64,000 nt of DNA, taken from contig OZ024758.1 in the NCBI GenBank assembly GCA_964016885.1, positions 3,720,001 through 3,784,000 of the forward strand, given 5' to 3'. This DNA is from Eledone cirrhosa (lineage: Eukaryota). Under the pieces are notes generated by a model. The model saw only the letters and a program-made list of their open reading frames with translations. It had not been told where the DNA came from and did not search any database. Of the stretch, positions 38,581 through 53,200 are shown in pieces (position 1 is the first letter of the stretch; each line of letters opens with the position of its first letter). The position numbers and the translations under genes were made by a program.

Positions 38581-40754
38581 ACTTGCGCAACAATATATAT
38601 ACATATATATATAATTCTCTCTCTCTCTCTCTGCCCTGTAATACGCGACAAGACAAGAGATGACAGATGTACCAGACGTGAAAAATTAAATATTGGAGAC
38701 AATATCTCATCGTCTAAGTCATGGCAGTACACCAGCATGACCGCTGTCTAATCACTTAATTTAATAAAGGTATCAGACCATAACAGAATATACATACATA
38801 CACACACACAGACACACACACATATATATATATATATTAGTTAATTGTTCGTCATTATTTTTTGTTTCATTTTCATGGGGTCTACTCCTCGCCCCCAAAT
38901 TTTCATTATTTCCTCTTTCCCACATCTTACTTCCCCCCTTCCACATCACCCCATTATTCCTCTCACTTCTTCCTTCCTCCTACTTCTCCCCTACCCACGT
39001 TCACGTAAAGAACTCTCACGCCCACGTCGTCTTCCCCTACAGGCGTTTAATGTTAAAAGCTGAACTTTTAAAAAACACATGATAACGTCACAAGAACTGG
39101 TGTGTGTTGGTTGGTTTTTGGTTTGGTTTTTGGTCTGGTTTGGTTTGGTCTGATGGTGTCAAGGTGGTGAACACTGACGCCGGTTGGAGGGGGGTGCAAG
39201 GATTAAGTCTGTGGGGGAAGAACTAAGAAAAAGGAATTTCTTAGAAAAGGGGAGTGAGAGAGACAGGGACTATAGAGAGAGATAGAGATAAATATAGAGA
39301 GAAAAATGGGGGTATTTTTATGTTTTAGAGATTGTATGTGTTAGCTTGAGAGATACAGAGATAGCGAAAGAGGGAGAGAGAGAGAGAGTCACAGAGAGAG
39401 AGAGGGTCACAGAGAGTGTTAGTATGAGAAAGAGAGGGAGAAAGACAAAGACATAGAGAGAGACTGTGTAAACGTTAGTGTGTGTGCATGCGAATGCTGG
39501 TGTATGTTTGTAAGTGTTTATATATATATGTAAGCGCTTGTGTGTGTTTATATATATATATATATATATATATATGTAAGCGCTTGTGTGTTGTGTGTGT
39601 TTATGTATATATGTAAGCGCTGGCGTATGTGTGTGTGTGTGTATATACATATTTAAGCGCTTGTGTGTGGGTGTATGTGTGTGTATATATATATATGTGT
39701 GTGTGTAAGCACTAATGTATGTGTGTGTGTCGTGCGTCTACATGTAAGCGCTTGTGTGTGTAGGTGTGTGTAGGTGTGTGTAGGTGGGTGTAGGTGGGTG
39801 TTTGAGTGGTTTGAAGAAAGACAAAGAGGCGGAAAGGGAAAGGGGAATGGTTTGAGGTTAAACAATAGGAGGATGGTGATAAGGAAGGGGAGTCGGAAGC
39901 TGAGGAGTCGGAGGAGGTTGGTGGTGATGATGATGATGATGATGATTATGATGATGGGTTGGGGGATGAGGATAAAGAAATAAAGAGAGTGAGAGGTGGA
40001 AAGAGGGGGAGATGGGAGAGGAAGAAGACGCAGTAGAACCGAGAGAAATAACGAAGATAAAATACAGTAAAAAGGAGAAATATAATAAAAAGTATCGTTT
40101 TTTTACTTTTTAATTACAAAAACACGAGAAGGTTAAGTGAGATAAACAGAGAGGGGGAGGGAAAGAGAGAGTGTGTGTGTGTGTGTGTGTGAAAGAGAGA
40201 GAGTGTGTGTGTGTGTTGCTCTAAGATAGAGTGAGGGAGAGGCTGAGAGATTGGAAAGAAGTTTGGTCGACACAAAATGATAGAATGACAAGAGGGAAAG
40301 AAGGGCAAAGAGAGAGAGAAAGAGAGAGAGAGGAAGAAAGGGAGAGACTTAGAGAGAGAGAGAGAGAGAGAGAGAAATAGGGAGATACAGAGAGTAAGAG
40401 TAAGAGAGAGAGAGTGAGAAGGGAAGAGTAAGAGAGAGGGAGAGTGAGAAAGAGAGAGAGAGTGAGATGGAAAGAGTGAGAGAGAGTGAGAGAATGTGTA
40501 CACCGGGAAACAACAAAGGGAAAATTAAAGAAAATTACAACAAAGAAATGGAATACAATAAAAGAAAATGAGCAAAGAGAAGGAGAAAGAAAAAGAGAAG
40601 GAAAGTTTTGAAAAAAATAGAGAAAGAAGATAAAGAAAATTAGAGGGGGTGGTATGAAGGATTATGTTATGGGTGGGGGGACAGAAGAGTCCATATTGTT
40701 GGGACAATACATGGTCAAAAAACACCAGAATGTCGGATTTACAACAGTTATAAT

Positions 40755-41222
40755 AATTGTTTCTACTTTTGGCACAAGGCCAGCAATTATACCAGTGTGT
40801 TATTGCTACTTTATTTCATCGAAGCCCCGGCGGGATTTGAACTCAGACAGTAAAGGGGAGTAACTCTATGCTGTAAAGCATGGCCTCTGACCCTCTACCG
40901 ATACTGCCAATCCACCGCCCTCCATAATAATTATTTCTACTTTTGGCACAAGGCCAGCAATTATCCCAGTGTATTACTGGTACTTTATTTTATCGACCCC
41001 GTAAGGATGAAAGGCAAAGTTAACCTCGGCGGGATTTGAACTCAGATCAAAAGGGGTCGTATCTCAATGCTGCAAAGCATGGTGTCCGACGTTCTACTGT
41101 TACTGCCAATCCAAGGCCAGCAATTATCCCAGTACATTACTGGTACTTTATTTTATCGACCCCGTATGGATAAACGCAAAATGAACCTCGGCGAGATTTG
41201 AACCCAGAACGTAAAGAGCCAT
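40755..41222 (-). mobile_element. Cluster of three family A SINEs, head-to-tail, partly deleted
   Basis: Three recurrences of AAGGCCAGCAATTAT.CCAGT and GATTTGAAC. Confidence 0.9.
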
Positions 41223-41912
41223 AACTCTCTCTCTCTATATATATATATATAAATGTACGTGTATCTTACTCGTTATCTCTCAATCGATCTCTCTATATCT
41301 ATCTATCTATTTATCTATCTATCTATCTCGAGAGACTGATAGAGTAAAACAGATAGATATGTGTGTGTGTAAATATATGTGTATTTGTGAGTGTGTGTAT
41401 GTATGTATCTGTCCGTGTGCGTATGTATGTGTATGTATACATGTGCGTGTGCAGTTGAGCGTATCTGTGTGTATGTGTGTATGTGTATATATATATATAT
41501 GTGTATATATGTGTGTTTTTGTATGTATCTGTGTGTGTATGTATATATGTATATGTTTGAGTGTGCGCCTGTAGAATATATTGACAAATCATTGATGTTA
41601 TATCAGTTTAACACAGGAAAATATGACGTGGTAATTATTCCATGCAACTTACTTCCCTTTACCTCAAAGGAGCTCTTCTATTATTGATCAGTGTTTATCG
41701 AATACTTAAACAACAGAGAAAGTATGTGGATCGATATAATCGAATATTAAGCCCTAAAAGCAGTTACCTAGTATGGACACAGTTGAAAGAGTGAAACTAT
41801 TGAAATAATATAAGGATTCACAAGATGTAGACACAAACACTCCTGCATAGAAATGAAGGATAAAGAAGTGAGGTGATGGGGAGAGCCGTACAAAGGGAGA
41901 GAATGGTATGTG

Positions 41913-41946
<34 letters not shown>

Positions 41947-41996
41947 TGTGTATATATATATATATATATATACATACGTGTATGTGTGTGTCTATA

Positions 41997-42093
41997 GAGG
42001 GTGTCCCAACAAAGGTATACACATTTTCATTACTTGTACAGGCAATATGTTTTAGAGTGCTGTTGAAGTATTCATACATTTTTCGGGGACACC

Positions 42094-42096
<3 letters not shown>
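41997..42096. mobile_element. Tc1/mariner-type MITE (100 bp)
   Basis: TA|GAGGGTGTCCC ... GGGACACCCTG|TA terminal inverted repeats with TA target duplication. Confidence 0.75.
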
Positions 42097-42137
<41 letters not shown>

Positions 42138-42420
42138 AATGAGTTATATGGTTTGTTGATTATCATTCAACAAAGCTAATTTTATAACAGATTTGAAGCA
42201 TTCTACAATATATAGTATAAGCTCGCTACTGCCGTTAGCAAGCTTAAACTATTAAGTTTATGCTAAAGTATGTCAATGTATTAACACCAAATATTATATT
42301 TATCTAATGAAAGCACACCAACATTTGTGTGTTCTTGAAATACGTATAATAAAATAAATATGGTATTATAAAGATATTTTCCATTTATTAATATTGTTAA
42401 TATTATATATATATATATAT

Positions 42421-42637
<217 letters not shown>

Positions 42638-43017
42638 TCTTGCTCAAAATGCTGCGAATGCAGACTGAAATCAGTCACGTGACTGCAACCTGAACGCCAC
42701 GACCACCCCGCCATGTCTGTGTCTATTCACAAACAATACATAACACTACAGAGAGTAACAAAGAACGAATGAAGTAGAGTGTAATACAATCTACATGACA
42801 GAAGAATACAAACAAACTCAGAAACAAATACATAATAGATGTTACAGAAATGCTGGTTATGGAAAGACAGATGACATAAGACGACATTCAGAAACTTCCA
42901 GAAAACATTAACGAAAGAAAATTAGACAAAGAAACGATCGACTTTCGTCAAATCGGACCAAGGAAACAATGTTTCCGTTGGTCTTTCCAATTGGTAATAC
43001 TATCTAACGATCGCAAC

Positions 43018-43228
43018 TCCAGGTAGAAGGAGCAGCGTGAAATAAAGTGTCTTGCTCAAGGATATAACGCATCACCCTATGTATTTTTATAATCCGTGAA
43101 TTTCGTTATAACGGAATTTCACTGTATACGCAAACGTGAGGTTGTGATTTCGATTCGATTCCCGGACCCGGCGATGCGTTATGTCCTTGAGCAAGACACT
43201 TTATTTCACGTTGCTCCTTCTGCCAGGA
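43018..43228. repeat. Inverted pair of family B SINE core fragments
   Basis: 43018-43076 is the reverse complement of 43170-43228, including the non-SINE end CCTTCT.CC.GGA. Confidence 0.85.
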
Positions 43229-43562
43229 TATGCTAAAGGTTTGTACATGCTTGCATATATATAGTATATATAATATATTTTAAACTACCAGAAGTCAATA
43301 AAAGAAATAGAACTTATCCGCAAAATCCCATTTCTAAATTAAAGGCCCAGGCTTAATCATATATACGGGCCTGTGAATATCTGGTTGGTATGACCCCTAA
43401 TGTCTGGTCCATACAGCCACTGAATATCTGGTCCATATGGCTTCTGAATATCTGGTCCGTATGTAAATTGTAAGCCCTTAAAGTTGTTAAAAGAGCTAGA
43501 CCAGATGTAAATATTTGGGAAATGTTCTGTTATTTTTAACAGTTCCAGTGATAATAGTAATA

Positions 43563-43740
43563 ATTGTTTCTACTTTTGGCACAAGGCCAGCAATTACCAG
43601 TGCATTACTGGTGCTTTATTTTATCGACCCCGTAAGGATGAAAGGCAAAGTTAACCTCGGCGGGATTTGAACTCAGAATGGCAAGGGCCGTAACTCTATG
43701 CGTCAAAGCATGGTGTCCGACCCTCTACCGATACTGCCAA
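43563..43740 (-). mobile_element. Family A SINE, short variant
   Basis: Family motifs. Confidence 0.92.
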
Positions 43741-45940
43741 ATGAAATTATTGTGTACAGTGCTCAGGTGCACTACAACTCAAATGATGCGGAACCGTTTT
43801 TATTTGACCCGTGGATGGATGGATGGGTGCGAGTGTTGAGGTATGGAGCTATGGATGGGGTGTGGGGTAGTAGGTGGGTGGACTGCTTGCTGGGTGGGAA
43901 TAGCTGTGTTGGTGGATGAGTGGAAGGATGGATAGATGGGTGTGAGGGCTGAGGGATCGATGGGTGTGGGGTAGATGCATGAGAATATATTTTGATTGGG
44001 TGGATGGACTGCAGGATGGGAATATTTGTGTGGGTGGATGGGGTGGGTGGGGGGGGGGGTGCTCAGGGACGAAGCTATCAATGGAGTGGTGGGTTAGATG
44101 AACGAGAAGATATTTTAATGGATGGCTGGATGGGTTGAATGGCTGTGTTGGTGGATTGGTGAGGGGGTGGGGAGCATTGGTGTGTGGGTGGATTGGTGAG
44201 GGGTGGGCAGCATTGCTGTGTTGGTGGATTGGTGAGGGGGTGGTGAGCAGTGGTGTGTGGGTGGATTGGTGAGGGGTGGGGAGCATTAGTGTGTGGGTGG
44301 ATGTTTGGAGGAGTAGGTGATGGAATGGATGGACGGGTGTGTGATTGAGAGATCAATAGATGGTTTCTTGGATGGATGGGTTAATGAGTGAGTTGGGGTG
44401 ATTATGGGGGTATGTGTGGGGGGATGGTGGGTGTGTAGTTGGGTGTACGAATGGGTGGATGGATAGTTGGGTGTATGTATGGAGGGGTGGGTGGGTAGTT
44501 GGGTGTGTGTTAGTTGGGGGTAAGGAGGGGTGCCTGGGTAGTTGGGGGTATGGATGGGTGGATGGGTGTATGGAGGGGGGGGGGGGGGGGTATAAAGATG
44601 TAGATGGGTGTATGGAGATCTCCAAGCTACGCACTTTATCAAATAGCGTTATCCAAAGACCCTTCGGAGGAACCCTATTTCGGCCGCTTGTATTGGCGAT
44701 AGTATTTGTTCGGTGATTGATTAACTAATTAGGAAATCCACACCTGACGATGTCGCCAAGATACAATGTCTCTCAGTTGTTGTTTAGGTTCATCTCAATG
44801 AAGTTCAAGCGATTGTATACAGAGACAGACACACATAAACACAGATACACAGATATGTGCACACACACACACACACACACACATACAATGATGCGCACAC
44901 AGACACACACACAGATGCGCACACAGATGCGCACACACAGACACATAAACACAGGCATACATATACAGACACGCAGAAACACACACACATACACACAGAT
45001 GCGATATACAGACACACAATGATCAGCACACACACAGACACATTAAACAGAGGTACACAGATACAGAAATCCAGACACATACACAAGCACAAACACACGG
45101 AGATATACACTGACACGCACAGAAACAGACGGTGACACAGACACAGACACACAGACAAACAAACACACAGACACACACACACACACACACACATAAACAC
45201 ACATCCACATTCAGACACTGACAGACAGACACGCTGCCTCCCCTTCCCCATATATATATATATATTTACATAAGAGAGAGAGTGAGTGAGTGAGTGAGTG
45301 ACAGAGAGAGGTAAAAAGAGAGACTAAATGATATACAGATGGATTTGAAGGAGTAAGTATTGACAGAATGAGAGAGAAAATATAGTGGGAGTGTGTGTGT
45401 GTGTGTATGTGTGTGTAGAAGTGTATGGAAAAAGAGGAAAAAAGAAAGGGAACACTGTGTGTGAGTGAGAGAAGAGAGAGAGAGAGAGAGAGTCAGAGTG
45501 AGCGAAAGAGGGGAGAGGGAGTCAGAGTGAGCGAAAGAGGGGGGGGGGAGAAAGAGAGACAGAGTGAGCGAGATGAATTGAGAACGAAAAACACAGAATA
45601 AGAGAGAGAGTGAGTTAATGTGTTATTTTTACATTTGTTGTTAAGTGGAGGTCAGCCCTGATCCAGTAAAACTATGACAAAAGGCGCTCCAGTCGTGACA
45701 ACCCTGTCTGTTATTCTTACTATAAACAACGTATCTAAGACATTATCCAGTGTGTCCTTCCTTTCTAAAGACAGTAGCGAGTGATTTAAGTGAGATCTGG
45801 CTGTACTTTTTATTAGGGTGAGGGCATATATATAATGGTCTTTAATAAAGGCACCATATCAAACATTTTAAAAGAGAGATGTAGTATATAGTATAAAAGC
45901 TATTAAAAAACTGGTACTTATTCTAGTGAGCCCTGTAGAA

Positions 45941-46180
45941 CAGGCATGTCAAACTGAGGGTGCCCTGAGGACCACATGGGTCACATATGAGTTGTCTGAG
46001 GGCCACATGGGTCACATATGAGTTGTCTGAGGGCCACATACGACAACTAATTGCACACATTACAACAATTTTTCTTAATTTTATATTACGAAGATAAAAC
46101 ATGCTGGCGCTGTAAATATCTGTGTGTGGGCCGCAGGTGCGCTTGTAAAGGGCCGCAGGTGCGCTTGTAAAGGGCCGCAT
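45941..46180 (+). mobile_element. hAT-type MITE fragment with internal tandem duplications, inside an old SINE remnant
   Basis: Starts CAGGCATGTCAAAC; duplicated CCACATGGGTCACATATGAGTTGTCTGAGGG and GGGCCGCAGGTGCGCTTGTAAA; homologous to 19376-19579. Confidence 0.7.
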
Positions 46181-46361
46181 GATAAGGTTTGGGTTTAAAA
46201 CATAAAGGGACGTAACTTAATTTACAAATTATTTCAACTGTGACTCTAATAACCCTGCCACTGCACCACCTTAAATGTTACGTATTGATTAATATCTGAC
46301 ATAAGCACAAGGACATTAATTTAGATCGATTGGTATAGATTTTATCGATCCCAATAGAATC

Positions 46362-46409
<48 letters not shown>

Positions 46410-46694
46410 TGGAAGAGAAGGGGTGGGACATGAAATAACAGAAAAAGAAAGAAAGAAATAATCAAAGTTAGAGACAACAGAAATAATCGATTGAGGAAAA
46501 TGGAGATCGATAGAGAGAGAGGAAGAGAGAGAAAAAGATGGGTAGATAGATAGAGAGGTAGAGGTAGAGAGAGAGAGAGATTGGTAGAGAGATAGAGAGA
46601 GAGAAAGAGATAAAAAGATAGATAGAAGCTAAAAGAAAGAGAAAAATATAGAAAGATAGAAAAAAGAAAGAAAGGTCGGAATAAGAAAGAAATG

Positions 46695-47530
46695 AGAGTG
46701 GTGGAGGTAGTAATGGTGGTGGTGCTGGTGGTGGAGGTAGAAATGGTGGTTGTGATGGTGGTGTTGATGGTGTAGGTGATGGTGGTGGTGGTGGTGGTAG
46801 TGAGTGGAGGTAGAAATGGTGGTTGTGATGGTGGTGTTGATGGTGTAGGTGGTGGTGGTGGTGGTGGTGGTGGTTGTAGTGTTAGTTTTGCTGATTGTGG
46901 TGGTTGTAGTGGTGGTGATGTTAGTGTTGGAGGTGGTGGTGGAGGTAGGGTGGTGGTGGTACCAGTAGAGGTAGTGATGGTGGTGGTGTTTGTTGTGATA
47001 ACGTTTGTGGTAGAAGTGATAATGGTTGTGGTGGTGGTGTTTGTGGTGGTGTTTGTTGTGATAACGTTTGTGGTAAAAGTGATAATGGTTGTTGTGGAGG
47101 TGGTGGTGGTGGTGGTTTCTGTGGTAGAAGTGATAATGTTTGTGGTGGCGGTTGTGGAGGTCTTAGTGGTGGTTGTTGTAGTGTTGGTGGTAGTAGTGAT
47201 AATGGGTGTAGTGGCGGTGGTCGTGTTGGTGGTAGAAGTGATAATGGTTGTGGTGGTGGTGGTGGTCTTAGTGGTGGTTGTGGTAGTGTTGGTGGTAGAA
47301 GTGATAATGGTTGTGGTGGTGGTGGTGGTAGTCTTAGTGGTAGTTGTGGTGGTCATCAGTGTAAGTATGACAATGGTAGAGGTGCTGGTACCAATGTCAG
47401 CCAGAGTAGAATTATTAATGTTGGGAGCAGCAATTAGTAGAGATGAAATAGTCGAGCTAGTGATGATAATGGTGGTAGTATTGGTGTTGTTTTCAGTACT
47501 GCTGGTGATGATGATGATGATGATGATGTA
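46695..47530. repeat. (GTG)n/(GAT)n low-complexity tract with higher-order units
   Basis: Direct reading. Confidence 0.92.
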
Positions 47531-47641
47531 TTAGTGATCGCGGTCTAAATTAAAAAATATATATATATATATATATAAATAAAAAATACAAGCAACCCTC
47601 TAAAATTGATTGAAGTTGCATATATTTATTGCTTGCTATTT

Positions 47642-48045
47642 TAGCCCCAAGGAAAACCTTCTTATTCCAGCTCTGACCTTCCATACTTTTAGGAACATTA
47701 TCATTTCCGTATTTAAGGCAGTAGGGTTTAATATGGCTGCTATTTATAGCGGATAGATCTACCACATATGGAGCTCCCTTCCTAACCATAACCCTAACCC
47801 AAACCCCAGGGAAGTATTTCTAATTCCAGCTACGATCATCCATACTTTTATGGACATCATCGTTTTCGTATTTAAGGCAGTAAGATTTGAATTGGCTGTT
47901 ATATATAGCAAGTAGAACTACCACGTAGCAGCTCCCTTCCTAACCCTAACACTAACGCTAGCCCCAGGGAAACATTTCTCAGTCCAGCTACGATCATCCA
48001 TACTTTTAGGGACATTATCGTTTCCGTATTTAAGGCAATAGAGTT
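47642..48045. repeat. About 160-bp tandem repeat (about 2.5 copies) containing TAACCC runs
   Basis: CCAGCT..GA...TCCATACTTTTA..ACAT.ATC.TTT.CGTATTTAAGGCA occurs three times. Confidence 0.88.
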
Positions 48046-48698
48046 TGTATATTTGGTGTAACATGTTATATAATAAATTGGAAGTTTATAAAATATTAGT
48101 ATATTATAAGCAATATATCATATGAAATATTACAGTATGCTAGAGCATGTCTTAATTTTATATATATCGAGAATTATTTATATTATATGTTTATGTATTT
48201 AAAGTTATTTAAAATTTTATTTAAGGTAAAGTTAAAAAACATTTTTTTTTTAAATGTTTTAAAATCATATACACTCAGATCTTGAATAACCCCCCACGTC
48301 ACATCTGCTTATTAATTTTTCAAATTTTTTCCAACTACAACCCTAACTCGCTTATTAAATGTTGCTAATCTAACTCTGGCGAAATGTTATTGTAAGTGAT
48401 TCATCTTGATTCATCAGCTGGAGAATCTAATAATAATTTTATTTTACATTAAAAACCCCATTATATATGACAATAAAATAACATTACAAGAAATCCTATA
48501 TTTACGAACATACCCTATACATTTACCGATTCCCACCCCGTTTATCCCACCCTACCCGCTTATAGGAATTTAAGCAAATGTTCAAACTCCCCGGCTTATT
48601 TCACAAACTAACCTATGGGTTAGGACCCCAGAGTATTTGTTGCTATTGCTGTTACTGTTGTTATAGATGCTGTTGTTCTTGTTCTTATTGTTGTTGTT

Positions 48699-49093
48699 TG
48701 GATTGGCAGTATCAGTAGAGGGTCGGATGCCGTGCTTTGCAGCATAGAGTTACGGCCCTTTACGTTCTGAATTCAAATCCCGCCGATGCTAGCTTTGCCT
48801 TTCATCCTTACGGGGTCAATAATATAACGTACCAGTCACGCACTGGGGCGGATTTAATCGAATTTCCCCTACCCCAAAATTGCTGACCTTGTGCCTATAT
48901 AAGAAACTATTATTGTTTGGATTGACAGTATCAGTAGAGGGTCGGACGCCATGATTTGCAGCATAGAGTTACGAACCTTTACGGTCTGTGTTCAAATCCC
49001 AGCGAGGTTAACTTTGCCTTTCATCCTTACGATGTTGATAAAATAAAATACACTGGCTTAATTGCTGGCCTTGTGCCAAAAGTAGAAATAATT
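48699..49093 (+). mobile_element. Tandem family A SINEs (long then short variant)
   Basis: Two TGGATTG.CAGTATCAGTAGAGGGTCGGA heads. Confidence 0.9.
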
Positions 49094-49553
49094 ATTGTTG
49101 TACAGCCAGGTCGAACACACTTCTGATAAAATACTTAAATTGTAATCATTACGAAAGGTGTTTGTATATAGTGCAACAGAGAGTGTACTTATCCAATATA
49201 TATTAAAGGTGTAATATGAGTGGTATTTGACAGCTATTTCTAGCCTGCCAAATGCTCATTCAGTGACTTGGAAATTACACACTATTTTTATAGAAACGTA
49301 GTAATACTTAAGAACTATGAAATAAGATGGTTGTTATTAAGTCCCATATCAAATCTGATTGAGGCGTTCCAGACCTGACTATCACCCCCGTCTGTTTTTC
49401 CTATATCAGGGACAACGTAATACAATGTATGGAACAACAGCTTAGGCTGTGTTATATTTTAATTATTTCGAAAGTTAACTAAACTATTAAAGTACTATCA
49501 TGTATGTGTGTGTATATATATGTATGTATATATATATGTATGTATATATGTGA

Positions 49554-49608
<55 letters not shown>

Positions 49609-49642
49609 GGCGTATATTTATATAACTATAAAGTTTTCGTAT

Positions 49643-49861
49643 GTGTAGCTATGTAGGGCCACATGTAGCTATGTAGGGTCGCATGTAGCTATGCAGGGAC
49701 ACATGCAGCTGTGTAGGGCCCCATGTAGCTATGTAGGGTCACATGTAGCTATGTAAGGCCACATGTAGCTGTGTAGGGCCACATTTATCTATGCAGGGCC
49801 GTATGTATCTATGTAGGGCCATATGTAGCTATGTAGAGCCACATGTTTCTATGTAGGGCCG
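49643..49861. repeat. 20-bp minisatellite ATGTAGCTATGTAGGGCCAC, about 11 copies
   Basis: Direct reading. Confidence 0.95.
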
Positions 49862-50175
49862 TATTATTTATACTAATTTTAAGGGTCACTAAGATTTATA
49901 TATCTATTTATTTATGCACTTTGTTGCGGATGTATAATTGAAGTGCCTAAGGAGGACTGAAAACCTGAAAGGTTTGAGAGTGTTGATTAAACGATCCATC
50001 CTGTATATGAGTGTACATATGTATATGAGTGTACATATGTATATGTGTGTATATATGTATATGTGTGTATATATGTATATGTATGTTTTATTCGTTTGGG
50101 TCTTGCGCCTTTAGACTGAAGTTACCCTGGGGCGCTGCACTTTTGTGTATATTTGTAGATTTCTATCTATCTATC

Positions 50176-50215
<40 letters not shown>

Positions 50216-50627
50216 CATATATATATGTATGTATATAGGTATATATGGATGTATATAAGTAGACATGCCTGGCTGACGATATGTCTACAATTATGTATAG
50301 AGATGCGAGTATGTATTCTAGTATGTACGTATGTGTATAGATGCATACATATATATTCTTGTATACACATAGGTATGTATGCAGATGCATGCATACATTC
50401 TTTTATGTATATAGATATAGATATATGCACATATGAATGCATCTATGTGTGTGTATGTATTTATACCAGGTGTAAAATTCGTTATATATACGCAAATAGA
50501 TAGGGAGCATATATAATATACACCCCAGTTTAAAGATGATCTCGATGAAAAAGGATAAGTGACTAGACTGTACGACAGAACGTTTTCTGACTGACTGACT
50601 GACAGGTAAGTAGGTGTCTGGGTGGAT

Positions 50628-50925
50628 GTTGTATAAACTCTTTTTACAAGATGGCAGGCTGGTCGGTTGGGTGGAAGTTATTTTGTATAAACTCTCTTAC
50701 AAGATAGCTGTGTAGTTGGCTAGATGGCTGGTTTTTTGGTGTATAAACTCTTTTACAGGATGGCTGGGTTGTTGGTGTATAAACTCTTTTACAAGATGCC
50801 TGTGTGGGTGGCTAGATGGCTGGGCTGTTGGTGTATAAACCCTCTTACAAGATGGTTGGGCTGATGGTGTATAAACTCTTTTACAAGATGGCTGATTTGT
50901 AGGTGTACGAACTCTCTTACAAGAT
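50628..50925. repeat. Spaced repeat TGTATAAACTCTTTTACAAGATGG, 7 copies with GT-rich linkers
   Basis: Direct reading. Confidence 0.9.
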
Positions 50926-50979
50926 GGGGTGGGTGTGTAGCTGGGTGGTCGGATGGCTGACTCGGTGTGTGGGTGGGTG

Positions 50980-51215
50980 GTTGGCTACCTTGGTGGAAGG
51001 ATGGTTGGGTGTTTGGCTACCTGGGTGGCAGGCTGGTTGGGTGGTTGGCTACCTGGGTGGCAGGCTGGTTGGGTGGTTGGCTACCTGGGTGGCAGGCTGG
51101 TTGGGTGGTTGGCTACCTGGGTGGCAGGCTGGCCGGGTGGTGGGCTACCTGGGTGGCAGGCTGGCCGGGTGGTGGGCTACCTGGGTGGCAGGCTGGCCGG
51201 GTGGTGGGCTACCTG
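50980..51215. repeat. 31/32-bp minisatellite GGCTACCTGGGTGGCAGGCTGG(TT/CC)GGGTGGT
   Basis: About 7 tandem copies in two subtypes. Confidence 0.95.
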
Positions 51216-52050
51216 AGCGGTAGTGACAAGGGAGGAAATAGGCTGAATTTAAGAGGAAATATTTATAAATAAATAATTTTAAAATGTGCTGAATTAACTG
51301 GATTTCTGTTTGACCAGTCGGATGGTTAGATGGTTGGTGTACAGGCTGACTGGCTGGGTGGCTGACTAGGTGGTTGGTGTACAGGCTGACTGGCTGGGTG
51401 GCTGACTAGGTGGTTGGTTTGCAGGGAGACTAGCTGGGTGGTTGTGTAGGTGGTTGTTTGAATAGTACCAGGTTTGAAGAAAACTACCAGTAAAGAAAAA
51501 AAATGGAATTAAAGGAAAACAAATTTATAAAGAAAAAAAAATATATATATATATATATAAAGAAGATAAAACAAATATATAAACAAAAAAATATAAATAA
51601 TAAACAAATAATAATTAAATAAATAAATAAGTGTATATCATGTAGGATGATTTTCCCAGTCCGGCCAGTTGGTGGGCTGGTATAGAGAATAGCATGTAGG
51701 GTGGTGGTTTAATGGTAGAACAGTATTGTTGGCTGGTTTGTCAGGCTGGGTTGGTGAAGTTAGTCTGTTCGTGCGTTGGTTGGCTGGCTGGCTCACGTGG
51801 TGCTGGCTGGTTGTTTTCTTGGCTGTCCGTCTGGCTGGCTGCTTTGGCTGCTTGCCTGTCTGCCTGTAACTACCGGTCGTAGTAGTTTAGAGCAAAAGCA
51901 AGCGAGCTAAAAGCTAGGCAGTGAAAAGAACTTTAGAGTGGGAAGGAGGCTTTCTATACACATATAAACACAGGCACACACACGAAAAAAAAAACACTCA
52001 CACACACAGACATATATATATATATATATACACATATATACATATACATA

Positions 52051-52081
<31 letters not shown>

Positions 52082-52901
52082 ATATGTATGTATGTATATG
52101 TTTATAATTAGCTAACATCTATATATATTTTTTATATTTTTAATACTCATTATTACTATTATTATTACTATTATTATTATTATTAATATTATAGCTGTTG
52201 TTATTGATATTTATATATTTGAGTACGTTTAGAGTTAGTGTAGAGTAAAGATTAGTGAAGAAAATCAACCAAATACCAAATTTGAAGTTAAATATCAGTT
52301 GACGGGAAAAAAAAAATACTAAAAACAAGACGACCACCCCTGAAAAAAAAACACACAAACCCCTCCCCCCAAAAAAATATATAAAAAAAAGATATAACAA
52401 AAAACAAAACAAACAAAACAAACAAAAAATCAAAGAAAGAAAAAATACAACAACAAAAGCAAACAAACAAAAAGTGATGTATCTATAAATTCGCTGTGAT
52501 TATGTACCAACGACACCAGAACCACAATCGGAGTTACGTGCGCGTATTTTAAGCAACAAAAAATATAATGATATATTTATAGTTATATATCTATATCTAT
52601 AATATATATATATATATATACATATATATGATATTTTATATATGTATGTATATACATATATGTCTGTGAGTGCATATATATATGTATATATATATAAAGT
52701 TTTATAAAAAAAATTATCTATAAACACCCAGTTTGGATAGATGGATGTACCTACTGTTAATATTGATGTTCGCCGGGGAACGCTGGAGCCGTTTAGTAAA
52801 AGAGCAAGTCAAGTGAGGAACCCTTAGTACATAGATCAAATCAGGTAGGTTGTGAATGTCTCTCTCTATATGTTTATATATATGTGTATACATGTGTTTT
52901 A

Positions 52902-52948
<47 letters not shown>

Positions 52949-53078
52949 TTAGTACTTCACCAGTCCGGCCTGTTGTTTTAATCAAACCTTTATATATGTA
53001 TATATATATATGTGTGTTTACCAAACACGTTATATATATATGTTTTTTATATATTTATATATATATATATATATATAC

Positions 53079-53143
53079 ATGAATATTCTAACTCTATTTC
53101 AGTATTGAGCCCTCTTTTCTCTCAGCCTTCAATCATGCAGGGA

Positions 53144-53200
<57 letters not shown>

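Noticed and set aside
48270-48635. Possible old MITE (TACACTCAGATCTTGAA ... TTAGGACCCCAGAGTA)
   Set aside because: Termini are too diverged to call a TIR, and there is no second copy in the window.
50628-50925. CRISPR-like array (partly palindromic repeat of about 24 bp with linkers)
   Set aside because: Linkers vary widely in length and resemble each other (GGCTGG/GGTTGG), repeats are degenerate, there are no cas genes, and the context is eukaryotic; it is a minisatellite.
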